The notes under the pieces: model-generated
Seen by the model: only the letters and a program-made list of their open reading frames with translations
The model's database searches: none
Told to the model about the DNA's origin: nothing
Assembly: GCA_902627245.1 (NCBI GenBank)
Contig: CACOIH010000003.1
Location: 140-64,139, forward strand
Direction of reading: 5' to 3'
From: an uncultured Alphaproteobacteria bacterium
GTDB lineage: Bacteria > Pseudomonadota > Alphaproteobacteria > HIMB59 > GCA-002718135
Length of the DNA stretch: 64,000 nucleotides
Translations under genes and position numbers: made by a program
Part shown: positions 10,095-19,511 of the stretch, piece by piece
Position numbering within the stretch: position 1 is the first letter of the stretch
How the letters are laid out: every line of letters starts with the position of its first letter

Positions 10095-11341
10095 TTATAA
10101 ATTTTGAATTTGGGTAATGGTGAAATAAAGACTGTTTTTTTAAGACCATTTTTTCGCCATTTTGTTGAAATATCATTAAACAAATGCCAAGCCAGAATTA
10201 TCATAATATCTGGCTTGTTTTTAAATAGAAAATTACTATTTATGATTTCTAAATCTGTTCCAGGTGCAAGATGTCCTAATTTTAAAGAAGTAGGTTGTTC
10301 GACAATAAATTGCAAATGATCTTTTAAAAATGAAAAATAATGAATGATTACTGAGGCTCTAGCTGGAAAAGCTTTACCAATAATGTATTTAGATTTATTT
10401 TTATTTAGATATTCATAAAGATTATTTTTAATTATATTTATTCTAGAATTAAATTTAAAATATGTGCTGGGATTATCTAATCCAAAATTTTTTTCCATAT
10501 TTAAGATTTTATTAACATTTGGCAAAGGCTTTATTTTTTGTAGTGTAAAATGTACTTGGATATTTCCGCCATATCTATCTGAAGTTTTTGCATTATAGAC
10601 ATAAAATCCATAGAGTTTCATTAATTTTATTAAACTTCTTAAAGAGTAAGTTCTTAAATGTTCATGATAAAAAGTATCAAATTGATTTTTTTTAATTACG
10701 TCTAAAAGATAATGATTCTCTATTATAAAAAATCCATTTTTTTTAATTATTTTTTTAATCCCTTTAATGAATTCACCAAGTTTATTAGTATGTGCAAAAA
10801 CATTTGTAGTAGTAATAATTTTCGCCTTATTATATTTAAAATAAATTTTTTCTGCTGTTTTTGTATTAAAAAAATCATTTAATACTTTAATATTTTTTTC
10901 TTTATGAAAAATATAAGTACCTGTAGGTTCTATTCCCAATAAATTATTGTAACCAAAAAATTTAAATTGTGATAATAATGTTCCATCATTTGATCCAATA
11001 TCTATTATTAAATCTGAAGGTTTTAAATCATAATTTTGTATTGTTTCTTTAGCTAGTATTTTAAGATTATTCACAATAGATTTCGATATTCCAGGCCTAT
11101 AATGATAATTTTTATTATAAAGAATATTGTCACCTACTATGTAGTTATTTTGAACGTACATGCATTTTTTGCAAAGATTAATCTTAATTGGATAATATAT
11201 ACATTCTCTATTTATATTTGTTTTTTTTATTAGATCGTCAGCTAATGGTTGATAGCCTAAATCAATTACCTCTGTAAGATTTTTTGAATAACAAATCTGA
11301 CAATGATTTAAATAACCAATATTATAATTGTGATCAATCAT
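10091..11341 (-). CDS. NDP-hexose C-methyltransferase-like SAM methyltransferase with N-terminal zinc ribbon
   Basis: The CQIC...CKKC zinc-ribbon, the SAM-binding DIGSNDG motif and the C-terminal domain layout resemble TylCIII-type sugar C-methyltransferases. Confidence 0.65.
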   Translation of the reverse strand: MIDHNYNIGYLNHCQICYSKNLTEVIDLGYQPLADDLIKKTNINRECIYYPIKINLCKKCMYVQNNYIVGDNILYNKNYHYRPGISKSIVNNLKILAKETIQNYDLKPSDLIIDIGSNDGTLLSQFKFFGYNNLLGIEPTGTYIFHKEKNIKVLNDFFNTKTAEKIYFKYNKAKIITTTNVFAHTNKLGEFIKGIKKIIKKNGFFIIENHYLLDVIKKNQFDTFYHEHLRTYSLRSLIKLMKLYGFYVYNAKTSDRYGGNIQVHFTLQKIKPLPNVNKILNMEKNFGLDNPSTYFKFNSRINIIKNNLYEYLNKNKSKYIIGKAFPARASVIIHYFSFLKDHLQFIVEQPTSLKLGHLAPGTDLEIINSNFLFKNKPDIMIILAWHLFNDISTKWRKNGLKKTVFISPLPKFKIYK

Positions 11342-12314
11342 GCATTAATGATATTTTTTTTGTTAACTCATGTGATTTAATAATTGTAGATATATTGTAA
11401 AGATATTTATTTTCTGAGCAATTATTATTTTTTAAAAGTTCTTTTATGTTTTTATAAGTTAAATTATATCTTTCGTTTAAGTTATCATTTTTTTTATTAA
11501 TTATCATTCTTTTATTTTTTAATAATTTAAAATTTTTTGTCCAATTCTTTGAATTATTCAGAAGTTCAATTATATTTTTTTTTGATTCCGTCTTAATATG
11601 ATGAATATTACTTTTAGAATTGTTTGAAATTTTTATTTGGCAAGGAATCTTATTATCACACAATACCTTAATATTTATATTATCAACATAGTTATAATTA
11701 TTAATATATTTTTTAATTTCTAAAATTTTAATTTCTTTGAAGATAAAAAGAATATTATAAATCAAATGTATTAAATAATTATAATAAATACCGCCTCCTT
11801 GATTCTCTGTAATTTTCCACGATTTTTTAAAATCAATATAAAAAGTTTGTTTAAAAAACCATCTATATTTTATTGAGGTTATTGTCTCCCTTTTTAATAT
11901 TTTTATAAATTCTATCCATTGTGTGTTTTTTGGAAAAATAAAATTTACATTTATTAAAATATTTTTTTTTGTAAAATAGTTAATACTTTTTTTTAATAAT
12001 TTTAAATTAATAGAATACGGTTTTTCAAAAAAAAGATATTTTACTGTAATATTTTTTTTCATTATATAATTAATTACTTTTTCTTGAATTAAGGGAGGGA
12101 CAGCACAAGTTATCATATCGTATTTATTTTTTTTTAGAGCAAGTTTATAATTTTTAAATTTTCTTAGATTATTATCTGAAATATTTTTTTGATATATATT
12201 TGGACTTGCTATGTCTATTATTTTACATTTTATTTTTTTTAAAGCATAGAAGTGAGAATGATATCCAAAATTAGAACCAATAATTAAAGTCCTAACAATT
12301 TTATTTTCAATCAT
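11334..12314 (-). CDS. Gfo/Idh/MocA-like sugar oxidoreductase
   Basis: N-terminal RTLIIGSNFGYHSH dinucleotide-binding pattern and an FFEKP motif. Highly diverged and lysine/asparagine-rich. Confidence 0.45.
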   Translation of the reverse strand: MIENKIVRTLIIGSNFGYHSHFYALKKIKCKIIDIASPNIYQKNISDNNLRKFKNYKLALKKNKYDMITCAVPPLIQEKVINYIMKKNITVKYLFFEKPYSINLKLLKKSINYFTKKNILINVNFIFPKNTQWIEFIKILKRETITSIKYRWFFKQTFYIDFKKSWKITENQGGGIYYNYLIHLIYNILFIFKEIKILEIKKYINNYNYVDNINIKVLCDNKIPCQIKISNNSKSNIHHIKTESKKNIIELLNNSKNWTKNFKLLKNKRMIINKKNDNLNERYNLTYKNIKELLKNNNCSENKYLYNISTIIKSHELTKKISLMHD

Positions 12315-12444
12315 AACATTATTTATTAATTACAGAAATTATGAAAAGCAACTAAATTTATTTATAATTGAGTACAGAACTTTAGTTATAAAATTAATTA
12401 ATAACTTGTATAATTTTTATTGAATATATGTATTAATAAATATT

Positions 12445-13605
12445 ATGAAAGATATAGCTAAAAATTATTATTTCGTTTTGTCTATATTTTTATCTTTCCT
12501 CTTCATTATTTATATTTTTTTATTGAATTCTCTTGGTTTCATAATGGGCGGAGACTCATTTACATACCTTGAATGGGTGCAACTCATTAAAAATAATGAC
12601 TTTAGTTTCATAAACAACAATGATGAACACAGTCAAAAGGGATATAATTATCTTATTACAGTTTATATAATGTATTTTTTTCAGCTAATATATTTTCAAA
12701 ACTGGCAGATGTTTTTTGTTTATTTTAATCTCTGTATTTTTTTTCTTATTTTTTCACTACTTTTATTTTTATTAAATAAAGAATTAAAATTAATTCCAAT
12801 TATGAGTTTTAGTCTTTATATATTTTTTGGTAATTATGAACAATTTCTTTGGATAAGATATTTGCTCACAGATTACATTTTTTATTTATTAGTCAGTTTA
12901 CTTTTTTTTATGTGTTTTGTTTATCAGATAAAAAAAAATATAATTTATCTAATTTTTATTTTTCTTATTTTAGTGATAAGTTTTTTTACTAGACCAACTT
13001 TTGTAGTTCTGCTTTTAATAGTCACAACTTTGATTATTATAAATATATGCATAAAATTTAAATTATACAAATTTTTACCATTATTTTTAATTTTATTTTT
13101 TTGTTGTTTTGCAATATTTTTTGAACTAATTATTTTTCATAATTTTCTAGAAGGAAAATTCGCCGATTTGTCGTTCAAAAAAATATTTGGTTATTATCAA
13201 GAAGGTGTGATAGTCCGAAATAGATTTCATACATATATTGAAATAAATCATATAAATTTATTGAACTTACTAAAATTGTTTTTTTTAAAATTTATATATT
13301 TCTTTGTTTTTTGGGATCAATTGTATAGTTTAAAACATAATATCTTAAATACTATAATTTTCTTCCCAATTTATTTTTTTGCAGGATATTCTTTATTTAA
13401 ATTTAAAACTTTAACAAATTATCAAAAAAATCTTATTATAAATTGCTTGGTATTTATTTTTTGTTTTGCTTTTTTTCATTCCCTAACCCTTATTGATTAT
13501 GATTGGAGATTTAGACTGCCAATATATTTACCATTAAATATTGTTTCAATTATTGGTTTTTTCATTTTCTTTTATCAAAAAGACCATAAACTATATTTTA
13601 ACTAA
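12445..13605 (+). CDS. polytopic inner-membrane protein, GT-C-like glycosyltransferase or polymerase candidate
   Basis: 386 aa, about 10 or more hydrophobic segments, with an acidic GGDSFTYLEW loop after TM1 as in GT-C enzymes. The call is fold-level only. Confidence 0.4.
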   Translation: MKDIAKNYYFVLSIFLSFLFIIYIFLLNSLGFIMGGDSFTYLEWVQLIKNNDFSFINNNDEHSQKGYNYLITVYIMYFFQLIYFQNWQMFFVYFNLCIFFLIFSLLLFLLNKELKLIPIMSFSLYIFFGNYEQFLWIRYLLTDYIFYLLVSLLFFMCFVYQIKKNIIYLIFIFLILVISFFTRPTFVVLLLIVTTLIIINICIKFKLYKFLPLFLILFFCCFAIFFELIIFHNFLEGKFADLSFKKIFGYYQEGVIVRNRFHTYIEINHINLLNLLKLFFLKFIYFFVFWDQLYSLKHNILNTIIFFPIYFFAGYSLFKFKTLTNYQKNLIINCLVFIFCFAFFHSLTLIDYDWRFRLPIYLPLNIVSIIGFFIFFYQKDHKLYFN

Positions 13606-13666
13606 CAAACCGATCCACCAAAATGTAGATGATAATAGCTAAATGCTTGATGTAGTTACAAATTCA

Positions 13667-13710
13667 GCAAGGAATTTAAATCATTTGTGTCTACCATTTC
13701 AACACTAGCC
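13667..13710 (-). pseudogene. relic of the 5' half of tRNA-Leu(UAA) (acceptor 5' strand, D arm, anticodon arm)
   Basis: In a hand alignment to 7982-8026, 38 of 45 positions are identical with one 1-nt gap. This includes a 15-nt identical run, tttgtgtctaccatt. It has the same orientation as the intact tRNA. Confidence 0.6.
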
Positions 13711-13724
13711 GATTGATAATCTAT

Positions 13725-14471
13725 TCAAACTATTGAACTTTTTCCACCATTTAATTTGATCATATTTACAATGTCATCTACTACAGGTTGTATTGAAGTC
13801 ATATTCCATGAAGATACCACAATGTTGACGCCACCAGTTTTTGCTACCAAATTAAAGTAAGGATAACTTCCTATTGATGAATCTTTATATTTATCCTGAA
13901 TATCTTTTAAAAAATTAGCAATTTTACTCTCATAAAGATTAGTGTTAATAGTTGTTACAATCTTAGGTTTGCCTTTTTTCAATTTCTTAATTAACTCTAA
14001 AAACATAACTTGCATTATTTCTGGAACACCAGGTAGTACGTATACATTTTTTATTTTAAAACCAGGAGCTGCTGTCATAGGGTTCAAAATTAAGTCAGAG
14101 CCAATTGGCATTTTTGACATTCTTTGCCTACTTTCATTGAATTCTCCTTTGGGATAATAATTATTTAGTATTTTAAAAGCCTCATGGTTTATGACACATT
14201 CTAAATTAAATGCACTGGATATACTCTCAGAGGTAATATCATCGTGGGTAGGCCCTATTCCACCTGTTGTAAAAACATAAGAATATTTTTTACTGTAGTT
14301 TAGTACCCTGTCTATTATAGTTTGTTTATCATCTTTAATTATTACTACTTCTTCTAATTTTATCCCCTCTTGTAGTAAATTTTTGGCCATAAAATTAGAA
14401 TTTGTGTCTTGGGTTCTGCCAGATAATATTTCATCTCCAATAACAATAATTGCAGCTGTAAATGAACTCAT
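13725..14471 (-). CDS. CinA-like / MoCF-biosynthesis (molybdopterin-binding) domain protein
   Basis: N-terminal AAIIVIGDEILSGRTQDTNS and TTGGIGPTHDDIT motifs. Confidence 0.75.
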   Translation of the reverse strand: MSSFTAAIIVIGDEILSGRTQDTNSNFMAKNLLQEGIKLEEVVIIKDDKQTIIDRVLNYSKKYSYVFTTGGIGPTHDDITSESISSAFNLECVINHEAFKILNNYYPKGEFNESRQRMSKMPIGSDLILNPMTAAPGFKIKNVYVLPGVPEIMQVMFLELIKKLKKGKPKIVTTINTNLYESKIANFLKDIQDKYKDSSIGSYPYFNLVAKTGGVNIVVSSWNMTSIQPVVDDIVNMIKLNGGKSSIV

Positions 14472-14528
14472 AAGTTTAATTGATATTTATGTATATATTA
14501 TTTATTAGATTGTAAAAATTAATTTTAA

Positions 14529-15323
14529 ATGAGAAATAACAATATCCCAATATATTCCAAAAAGGATTTCGAAAATATGAGACAAGCAGGTTCTCTTGCT
14601 GCTCATGTTTTAGACTCATTGTATGAAAAAATACTTCCGGGTATAAGTACTTTAGAAATTAATGATATTTGTCATGAAATAATTATAAAAAATAATGCTA
14701 CTCCAGCACCACTAAATTATAAAGGATTTCCTAAATCAGTTTGTACATCAGTTAATCATGTAGTTTGTCATGGTATTCCATCAGATAAAAAAGTATTACA
14801 AGAAGGTGACTTAGTTAATGTTGATGTTACTGTTATTTTAAATGAATGGTATGGAGATAGTTCAAGAATGTTTGTTGCAGGTCAAACCAACAAAAAAAAT
14901 TATAATTTTTTAAAAATAACATATGAATCTCTTCTTGCTGGAATTGAGGAAGCTAAGCCAGGAAATCATATTGGAGATATTGGAAATAAAATTCAAAAAT
15001 TAGCAGAACAAAATGGATACTCAGTTGTTAGGGATTTTTGTGGTCATGGAATTGGCAAAGAGTTTCATACTCCGCCAAGTGTTTTGCATTTCGGAGAGCC
15101 TGGTGAAGGACCAAGACTAGAACCTGGGATGTTTTTGACCATCGAACCAATGATTAATTTAGGTGGGTGGCAAACAAAAATATTAAATGATGGTTGGACG
15201 GCAGTAACTAAAGATAAGTCATTATCAGCACAATTTGAGCATACTATTGGGATAACTGAAGATGGAAATGAAATATTTACATTATCTAAAAATGGTACTG
15301 CTTTCCCAATAAAAGATATATAA
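14529..15323 (+). CDS. map: type I methionine aminopeptidase
   Basis: Metal-ligand blocks VCHGIP, DLVNVDV, GHGIGKEFH, TIEP and QFEHT. Confidence 0.95.
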   Translation: MRNNNIPIYSKKDFENMRQAGSLAAHVLDSLYEKILPGISTLEINDICHEIIIKNNATPAPLNYKGFPKSVCTSVNHVVCHGIPSDKKVLQEGDLVNVDVTVILNEWYGDSSRMFVAGQTNKKNYNFLKITYESLLAGIEEAKPGNHIGDIGNKIQKLAEQNGYSVVRDFCGHGIGKEFHTPPSVLHFGEPGEGPRLEPGMFLTIEPMINLGGWQTKILNDGWTAVTKDKSLSAQFEHTIGITEDGNEIFTLSKNGTAFPIKDI

Positions 15324-15333
15324 ACAAATAGAA

Positions 15334-16626
15334 ATGATACCAAGATATAATAGGCCAGAAATTGAAAAAATATGGTCTTTAGAAAATAAATTTAATATAT
15401 GGACTCACATTGAGTGTCTTATTGCTGAAAAGCAAGCTCATCTTGGAATTATACCTAAAAAAGCTGCTAATGATATTAAGAAAAATGCTAAGTTTAATGT
15501 TAAAGAAATTGAAAAATTAGAAAGTAAAACAAAACATGATGTAGTTGCGTACATTGATAACGTAAGCAAGTATATTGGCCTATCATCAAAATATTTTCAT
15601 TTTGGCGTTACATCTAGTGATATTATTGATACTGCATTTTCGATACAGTTAAAACAAACAGGAGCAATAATAAAAAAAAATTTAGCTGAATGTATCAAAA
15701 CTTTTAAATTTCTAGCAAAAAAACATAAAAATACCCGAATGATAGGTAGAAGTCATGGAATACATGCAGAACCAATAACATTTGGATTAAAATTAGCGTC
15801 ATTTTATTTTGAGTTTAAAAGAAATATGAAAAGATTTGATCAAGCGATAGATGAAATATCAATTTGTGCTATCTCTGGTCCAGTAGGAACATTTAATTCT
15901 ATAGATCCAAGGATTGAAAGATACGTAGCCAAAAAATTAAATTTAAAACCTGAGGATATATCAACTCAAATAATTCCCAGAGATAGACATGCATACTTTT
16001 TTTCTGTTTTAGGTATTATAGCTTCATCAGTTGAGAGATTTGCAGTAGAAATTAGAAATCTTCAAAAAACTGAGGTTCTTGAAGTTGAAGAGAATTTTAG
16101 TAATAAACAAAAAGGATCATCAGCAATGCCACATAAAAGAAATCCTGTGCTTAGTGAAAATTTAACAGGTATTTCAAGATATATAAGAAGTGCTGTTATT
16201 CCATCTCTTGAAAATATAGTGCTTTGGCACGAAAGAGATATTAGTCATTCTAGTGTAGAAAGAATTCTTACACCAAATATAACAATTGCTACTGATTTTA
16301 TGTTAGTGAGATTGAATAATCTGCTTAAAAATTTAAAAATTTATCCAAAAAATATGAAAAGAAATTTAAATTCATTAGGAGGTTTATATAAATCACAAGA
16401 AATAATGTTGAAATTAATTGAAAAAGGTTTCCAGAGAGACTTGGCTTATAAAATCGTACAAGAATGTGCGATGTTATCATGGAATAATAATAGTAAATTT
16501 ATTGAAAACATGGTTACGAATAAACAATTAAATAAGAAACTATCAAAAAACGATATTAAAAACCTTATAGATGATAAAGATGAGCTTAAAAATATTAACT
16601 GGATTTACAAAAATAAAATCAAATAA
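15334..16626 (+). CDS. purB: adenylosuccinate lyase
   Basis: 430 aa with the fumarate-lyase signature GSSAMPHKRNP and the N-terminal YNRPEIEKIWS pattern. Confidence 0.95.
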   Translation: MIPRYNRPEIEKIWSLENKFNIWTHIECLIAEKQAHLGIIPKKAANDIKKNAKFNVKEIEKLESKTKHDVVAYIDNVSKYIGLSSKYFHFGVTSSDIIDTAFSIQLKQTGAIIKKNLAECIKTFKFLAKKHKNTRMIGRSHGIHAEPITFGLKLASFYFEFKRNMKRFDQAIDEISICAISGPVGTFNSIDPRIERYVAKKLNLKPEDISTQIIPRDRHAYFFSVLGIIASSVERFAVEIRNLQKTEVLEVEENFSNKQKGSSAMPHKRNPVLSENLTGISRYIRSAVIPSLENIVLWHERDISHSSVERILTPNITIATDFMLVRLNNLLKNLKIYPKNMKRNLNSLGGLYKSQEIMLKLIEKGFQRDLAYKIVQECAMLSWNNNSKFIENMVTNKQLNKKLSKNDIKNLIDDKDELKNINWIYKNKIK

Positions 16627-16663
16627 ACTTTATTTTTATTATATTTAAGCTATTTTAAATATT

Positions 16664-16894
16664 ATGCCAATGACAGCAGATCAAATAAAAAATTTTATAG
16701 AAGAAGCTCTTCCTGATTCTAGAGTAAAAATTGAAGATTTGAAAGGTGATGGTGATCATTATAGCGCAACTGTTATATCAAAGTCCTTTGTAGGAAAAAC
16801 TAGAGTTGAACAGCATAAAATGGTATATGATTCCTTAAAAGGTAAAATGGGTAACGAACTTCACGCACTTAAACTTAAAACAATTATGGAGTAA
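16664..16894 (+). CDS. BolA family protein
   Basis: 76 aa with a DGDHY...RVEQHKMVY BolA pattern. It sits immediately upstream of a monothiol glutaredoxin. Confidence 0.85.
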   Translation: MPMTADQIKNFIEEALPDSRVKIEDLKGDGDHYSATVISKSFVGKTRVEQHKMVYDSLKGKMGNELHALKLKTIME

Positions 16895-16896
16895 TT

Positions 16897-17238
16897 ATGA
16901 ATGATGTTGATCATGTTTCACAAAATATAGAAAACGAAATTAAATCTAACGATGTAGTTCTATTTATGAAGGGTACTCCTATTTTTCCGATGTGTGGTTT
17001 CTCAGCTGCTACTGTTGAGGTTCTCAATAAAATTGGTGTTAAATTTGAAAGTGTAAATGTCCTTGATAGTGACGAAATGAGAGAGGGCATAAAAAAATTT
17101 TCAAATTGGCCAACTATACCTCAACTATATGTTAAAGAAGAATTTATTGGTGGATGCGATATCGTAAGAGAAATGTTTGAAAGTGGAGAACTTTTAGAAT
17201 TATTAAATACTAAAGGAATAGACGTAAGCCCGTCTTGA
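16897..17238 (+). CDS. grxD: monothiol glutaredoxin (Grx4 family)
   Basis: CGFS active site and the WPTIPQLYV...GGCDI block. Confidence 0.9.
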   Translation: MNDVDHVSQNIENEIKSNDVVLFMKGTPIFPMCGFSAATVEVLNKIGVKFESVNVLDSDEMREGIKKFSNWPTIPQLYVKEEFIGGCDIVREMFESGELLELLNTKGIDVSPS

Positions 17239-17239
17239 A

Positions 17240-18139
17240 TTGATCAAAAATACATTTTTTAAAGGCATACTTTATACATGTATAGCCTCTATATTTTGGG
17301 GTCTTCCGCAACCACTCTTTTTTAATGAATTAAATCACGTAAATACTTTAGAAGTCGTTCTTCATAGAGGTCTTTGGTCTTTTGTTTTACTATTTTTGAT
17401 ATTATTAAGTTTTACAAATCTTGATGAATTTTTTAATTTATTTAGATCTTTTAAAAAGATTTCTATACTTACTATTACAGCTTGTCTAATAACTTCAAAT
17501 TGGGCATGTTTTATTTATGCTGTTGGAGAAGAAAGAGTTCAAGATGCTTCAATGGGATACTTTATCACTCCAATGATTAGTATAATTTTAGGTAATATTT
17601 TTTTAAAAGAAAAACTAACTACTTATAAGACTACAGCTGTATTATTAATGTTATTCGCGATTGCTTATTTATTTGTAAGCTTAAATGAAATTCCAGTATT
17701 AATCATTTTAATTGGTTCTACCTGGGCAGTTTATGGATTATTGAGAAAACATATCATGGTAGAACCGTCTATTGGGCTATTATATGAAACTTTTATAATT
17801 TCTATCATTTCAATTCCTTATCTATTATTTATGTTTATTAATGGTGAAAGTAATTTTATTTCTATTAATCTTAAAACTACTATTTTTTTGGTTTTAACTG
17901 GTGGAGTTACAATTTTTCCATTATTTTTTTTTAACCTAGGGCTAAAATATATTCAGCTAGGCTTAGCAGGAGTTCTTTTTTACTTAGCTCCCTCTTTTCA
18001 TTTTATAACTTCAATGTTTATTCTAAATGAAAAAATATTGTACGTAAAAATGATATCTTTTATAGTTATTTGGATAGGTATAATATTTTATATATATGAT
18101 ACTTTAAAAGATAGATCTAACGAGAATAGTACTCAATAA
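17240..18139 (+). CDS. rarD: EamA/DMT family transporter, RarD-like
   Basis: 299 aa, 10-TM pattern, N-terminal [15 protein letters not shown] motif. It has a TTG start 1 nt after the grxD stop, and its 3' end overlaps rpsD convergently by 23 nt. Confidence 0.65.
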   Translation: MIKNTFFKGILYTCIASIFWGLPQPLFFNELNHVNTLEVVLHRGLWSFVLLFLILLSFTNLDEFFNLFRSFKKISILTITACLITSNWACFIYAVGEERVQDASMGYFITPMISIILGNIFLKEKLTTYKTTAVLLMLFAIAYLFVSLNEIPVLIILIGSTWAVYGLLRKHIMVEPSIGLLYETFIISIISIPYLLFMFINGESNFISINLKTTIFLVLTGGVTIFPLFFFNLGLKYIQLGLAGVLFYLAPSFHFITSMFILNEKILYVKMISFIVIWIGIIFYIYDTLKDRSNENSTQ

Positions 18140-18737
18140 CCAGGTTTGGTTCCATTGTAACTGGGTAAGGCACATCATGTATCAAAGGCGCTCTTAAAAA
18201 ACGACCCTTAAATTCTTTGACATCAACCTCGAGATATTCAGGAATTTCTCTTTCTTGAGAACTAATTGATTCTACTATTAAATTAATCTCTTTACTCTTA
18301 TCTTTTATTGAGATTTCATCACCATCACTAACGTTAAAAGAAGGAATATTGACTCTTTTACCATTAACCTTCACATGACCATGATTAACTAATTGTCTAG
18401 CAGCAAAAATTGTTGGTACAAATTTCATTCTGTATACTGTAGCATCCAATCTTCTCTCAAGTAGCTCAATTAATATTTGGCTAGTGTCACCTTTAGTGTT
18501 TGAAGCTTTCTTAAATATGTTTCTAAACTGCCTTTCAGTAAGATCACCATAGTAGAATTTAAGTTTCTGCTTAGCGAAAAGTTGATTACCGTAGTCAGAT
18601 AATTTTTTTCTTTGACCCTGTACACCATGTTGACCAGGTTTAGAGTTTCTTCTATTAAATGGACTTTTAGGTCTTCCCCAGAGATTAACTCCTAGCCTCC
18701 TGTCAATTTTATATTTAGCGTTATGTCTTTTTGTCAT
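18117..18737 (-). CDS. rpsD: 30S ribosomal protein S4
   Basis: 206 aa with the N-terminal [15 protein letters not shown] block, an S4 RNA-binding domain and a C-terminal [12 protein letters not shown]. Confidence 0.97.
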   Translation of the reverse strand: MTKRHNAKYKIDRRLGVNLWGRPKSPFNRRNSKPGQHGVQGQRKKLSDYGNQLFAKQKLKFYYGDLTERQFRNIFKKASNTKGDTSQILIELLERRLDATVYRMKFVPTIFAARQLVNHGHVKVNGKRVNIPSFNVSDGDEISIKDKSKEINLIVESISSQEREIPEYLEVDVKEFKGRFLRAPLIHDVPYPVTMEPNLVIEYYSR

Positions 18738-18800
18738 TAATATGAGGGGTATATAGTGATTTAAATATTTATGTCAAATTGAATATGTCTAGATTTTGGC

Positions 18801-19511
18801 TTATTTAGTAAGTTTTTTAGTAATCCCCCATAAAGTTTGTAGTTCTTTTTTAGTAAGTGGGGATTTCAAGTAAATATTGTAAATATTATTTTTCATACTT
18901 TCAGTTTTTTCTTTTGGTGCAAAAAAATTTTTACTTGTAAGATTTTCAAATAAATAATCAAAATATTTAGATAGCTGACCTTTGGTAATATAATCAGTTT
19001 TATCTTCTTTTAATTTTTTAACATTTGAATGACTAAATTCAAAAAATTTATATGACATTATACCAACGGCATGTGACAAATTAAGGGAATTGCTATTACT
19101 ATTAGTATTTATAGAAAAAAGTAAATCAGAAAGTCGAAGATCCTCATTAGTTAAACCTGAATTTTCAGGACCAAAAATAATTGCTACTTTTCTATGGTTT
19201 TTAAAAATTTGATTTAATGTTTTAAAACTATCTGTACTTTTTTTATTTAGGAATCTTTTTCTGTTTGTAGTTGCAATAACATATGTGAATTTGTTAAGAG
19301 CTTGTTTCAGGTCATTATAAACCTTAGCTTTTTTTATAATTGTACTTGCTTTTTTTGCAGAATTGATGGACTTATCATTATGCCAGTCTTTTTTAGGATT
19401 AATAATAATTAAGTCCTTCAAAGAAAAATTATTCATAACTCTTGCCACCATTCCAATATTTTCTGGTAATTGAGGTCTAACAAGAATTATAGTAGGTTTA
19501 TTTATTATCAA
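18801..19511 (-). CDS. SpoU/TrmH-family RNA 2'-O-methyltransferase (TrmJ-like)
   Basis: NIGMVARVMNNF, FGPENSGL and LNLSHAVGI SPOUT motifs. Confidence 0.75.
   Translation of the reverse strand: MIINKPTIILVRPQLPENIGMVARVMNNFSLKDLIIINPKKDWHNDKSINSAKKASTIIKKAKVYNDLKQALNKFTYVIATTNRKRFLNKKSTDSFKTLNQIFKNHRKVAIIFGPENSGLTNEDLRLSDLLFSINTNSNSNSLNLSHAVGIMSYKFFEFSHSNVKKLKEDKTDYITKGQLSKYFDYLFENLTSKNFFAPKEKTESMKNNIYNIYLKSPLTKKELQTLWGITKKLTK

Larger units (their letters stand above)
8027..13666. other. about 5.6-kb genomic island (surface-glycan modification module) bounded by tRNA-Leu and its 5'-half relic
   Basis: All five genes inside are sugar-modification or membrane genes and look more AT-rich than the flanks. 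The flanks are housekeeping genes. Direct repeats of tRNA sequence mark both ends. Confidence 0.5.

Noticed and set aside
13607-13625. Possible further extension of the tRNA-Leu relic into the T-arm region (aaccgatccaccaaaatg against aaccggcactcccaaaag).
   Set aside because: Identity is low beyond the first 5 nt and requires a roughly 40-nt insertion. I count only 13667-13710 as the supported relic.
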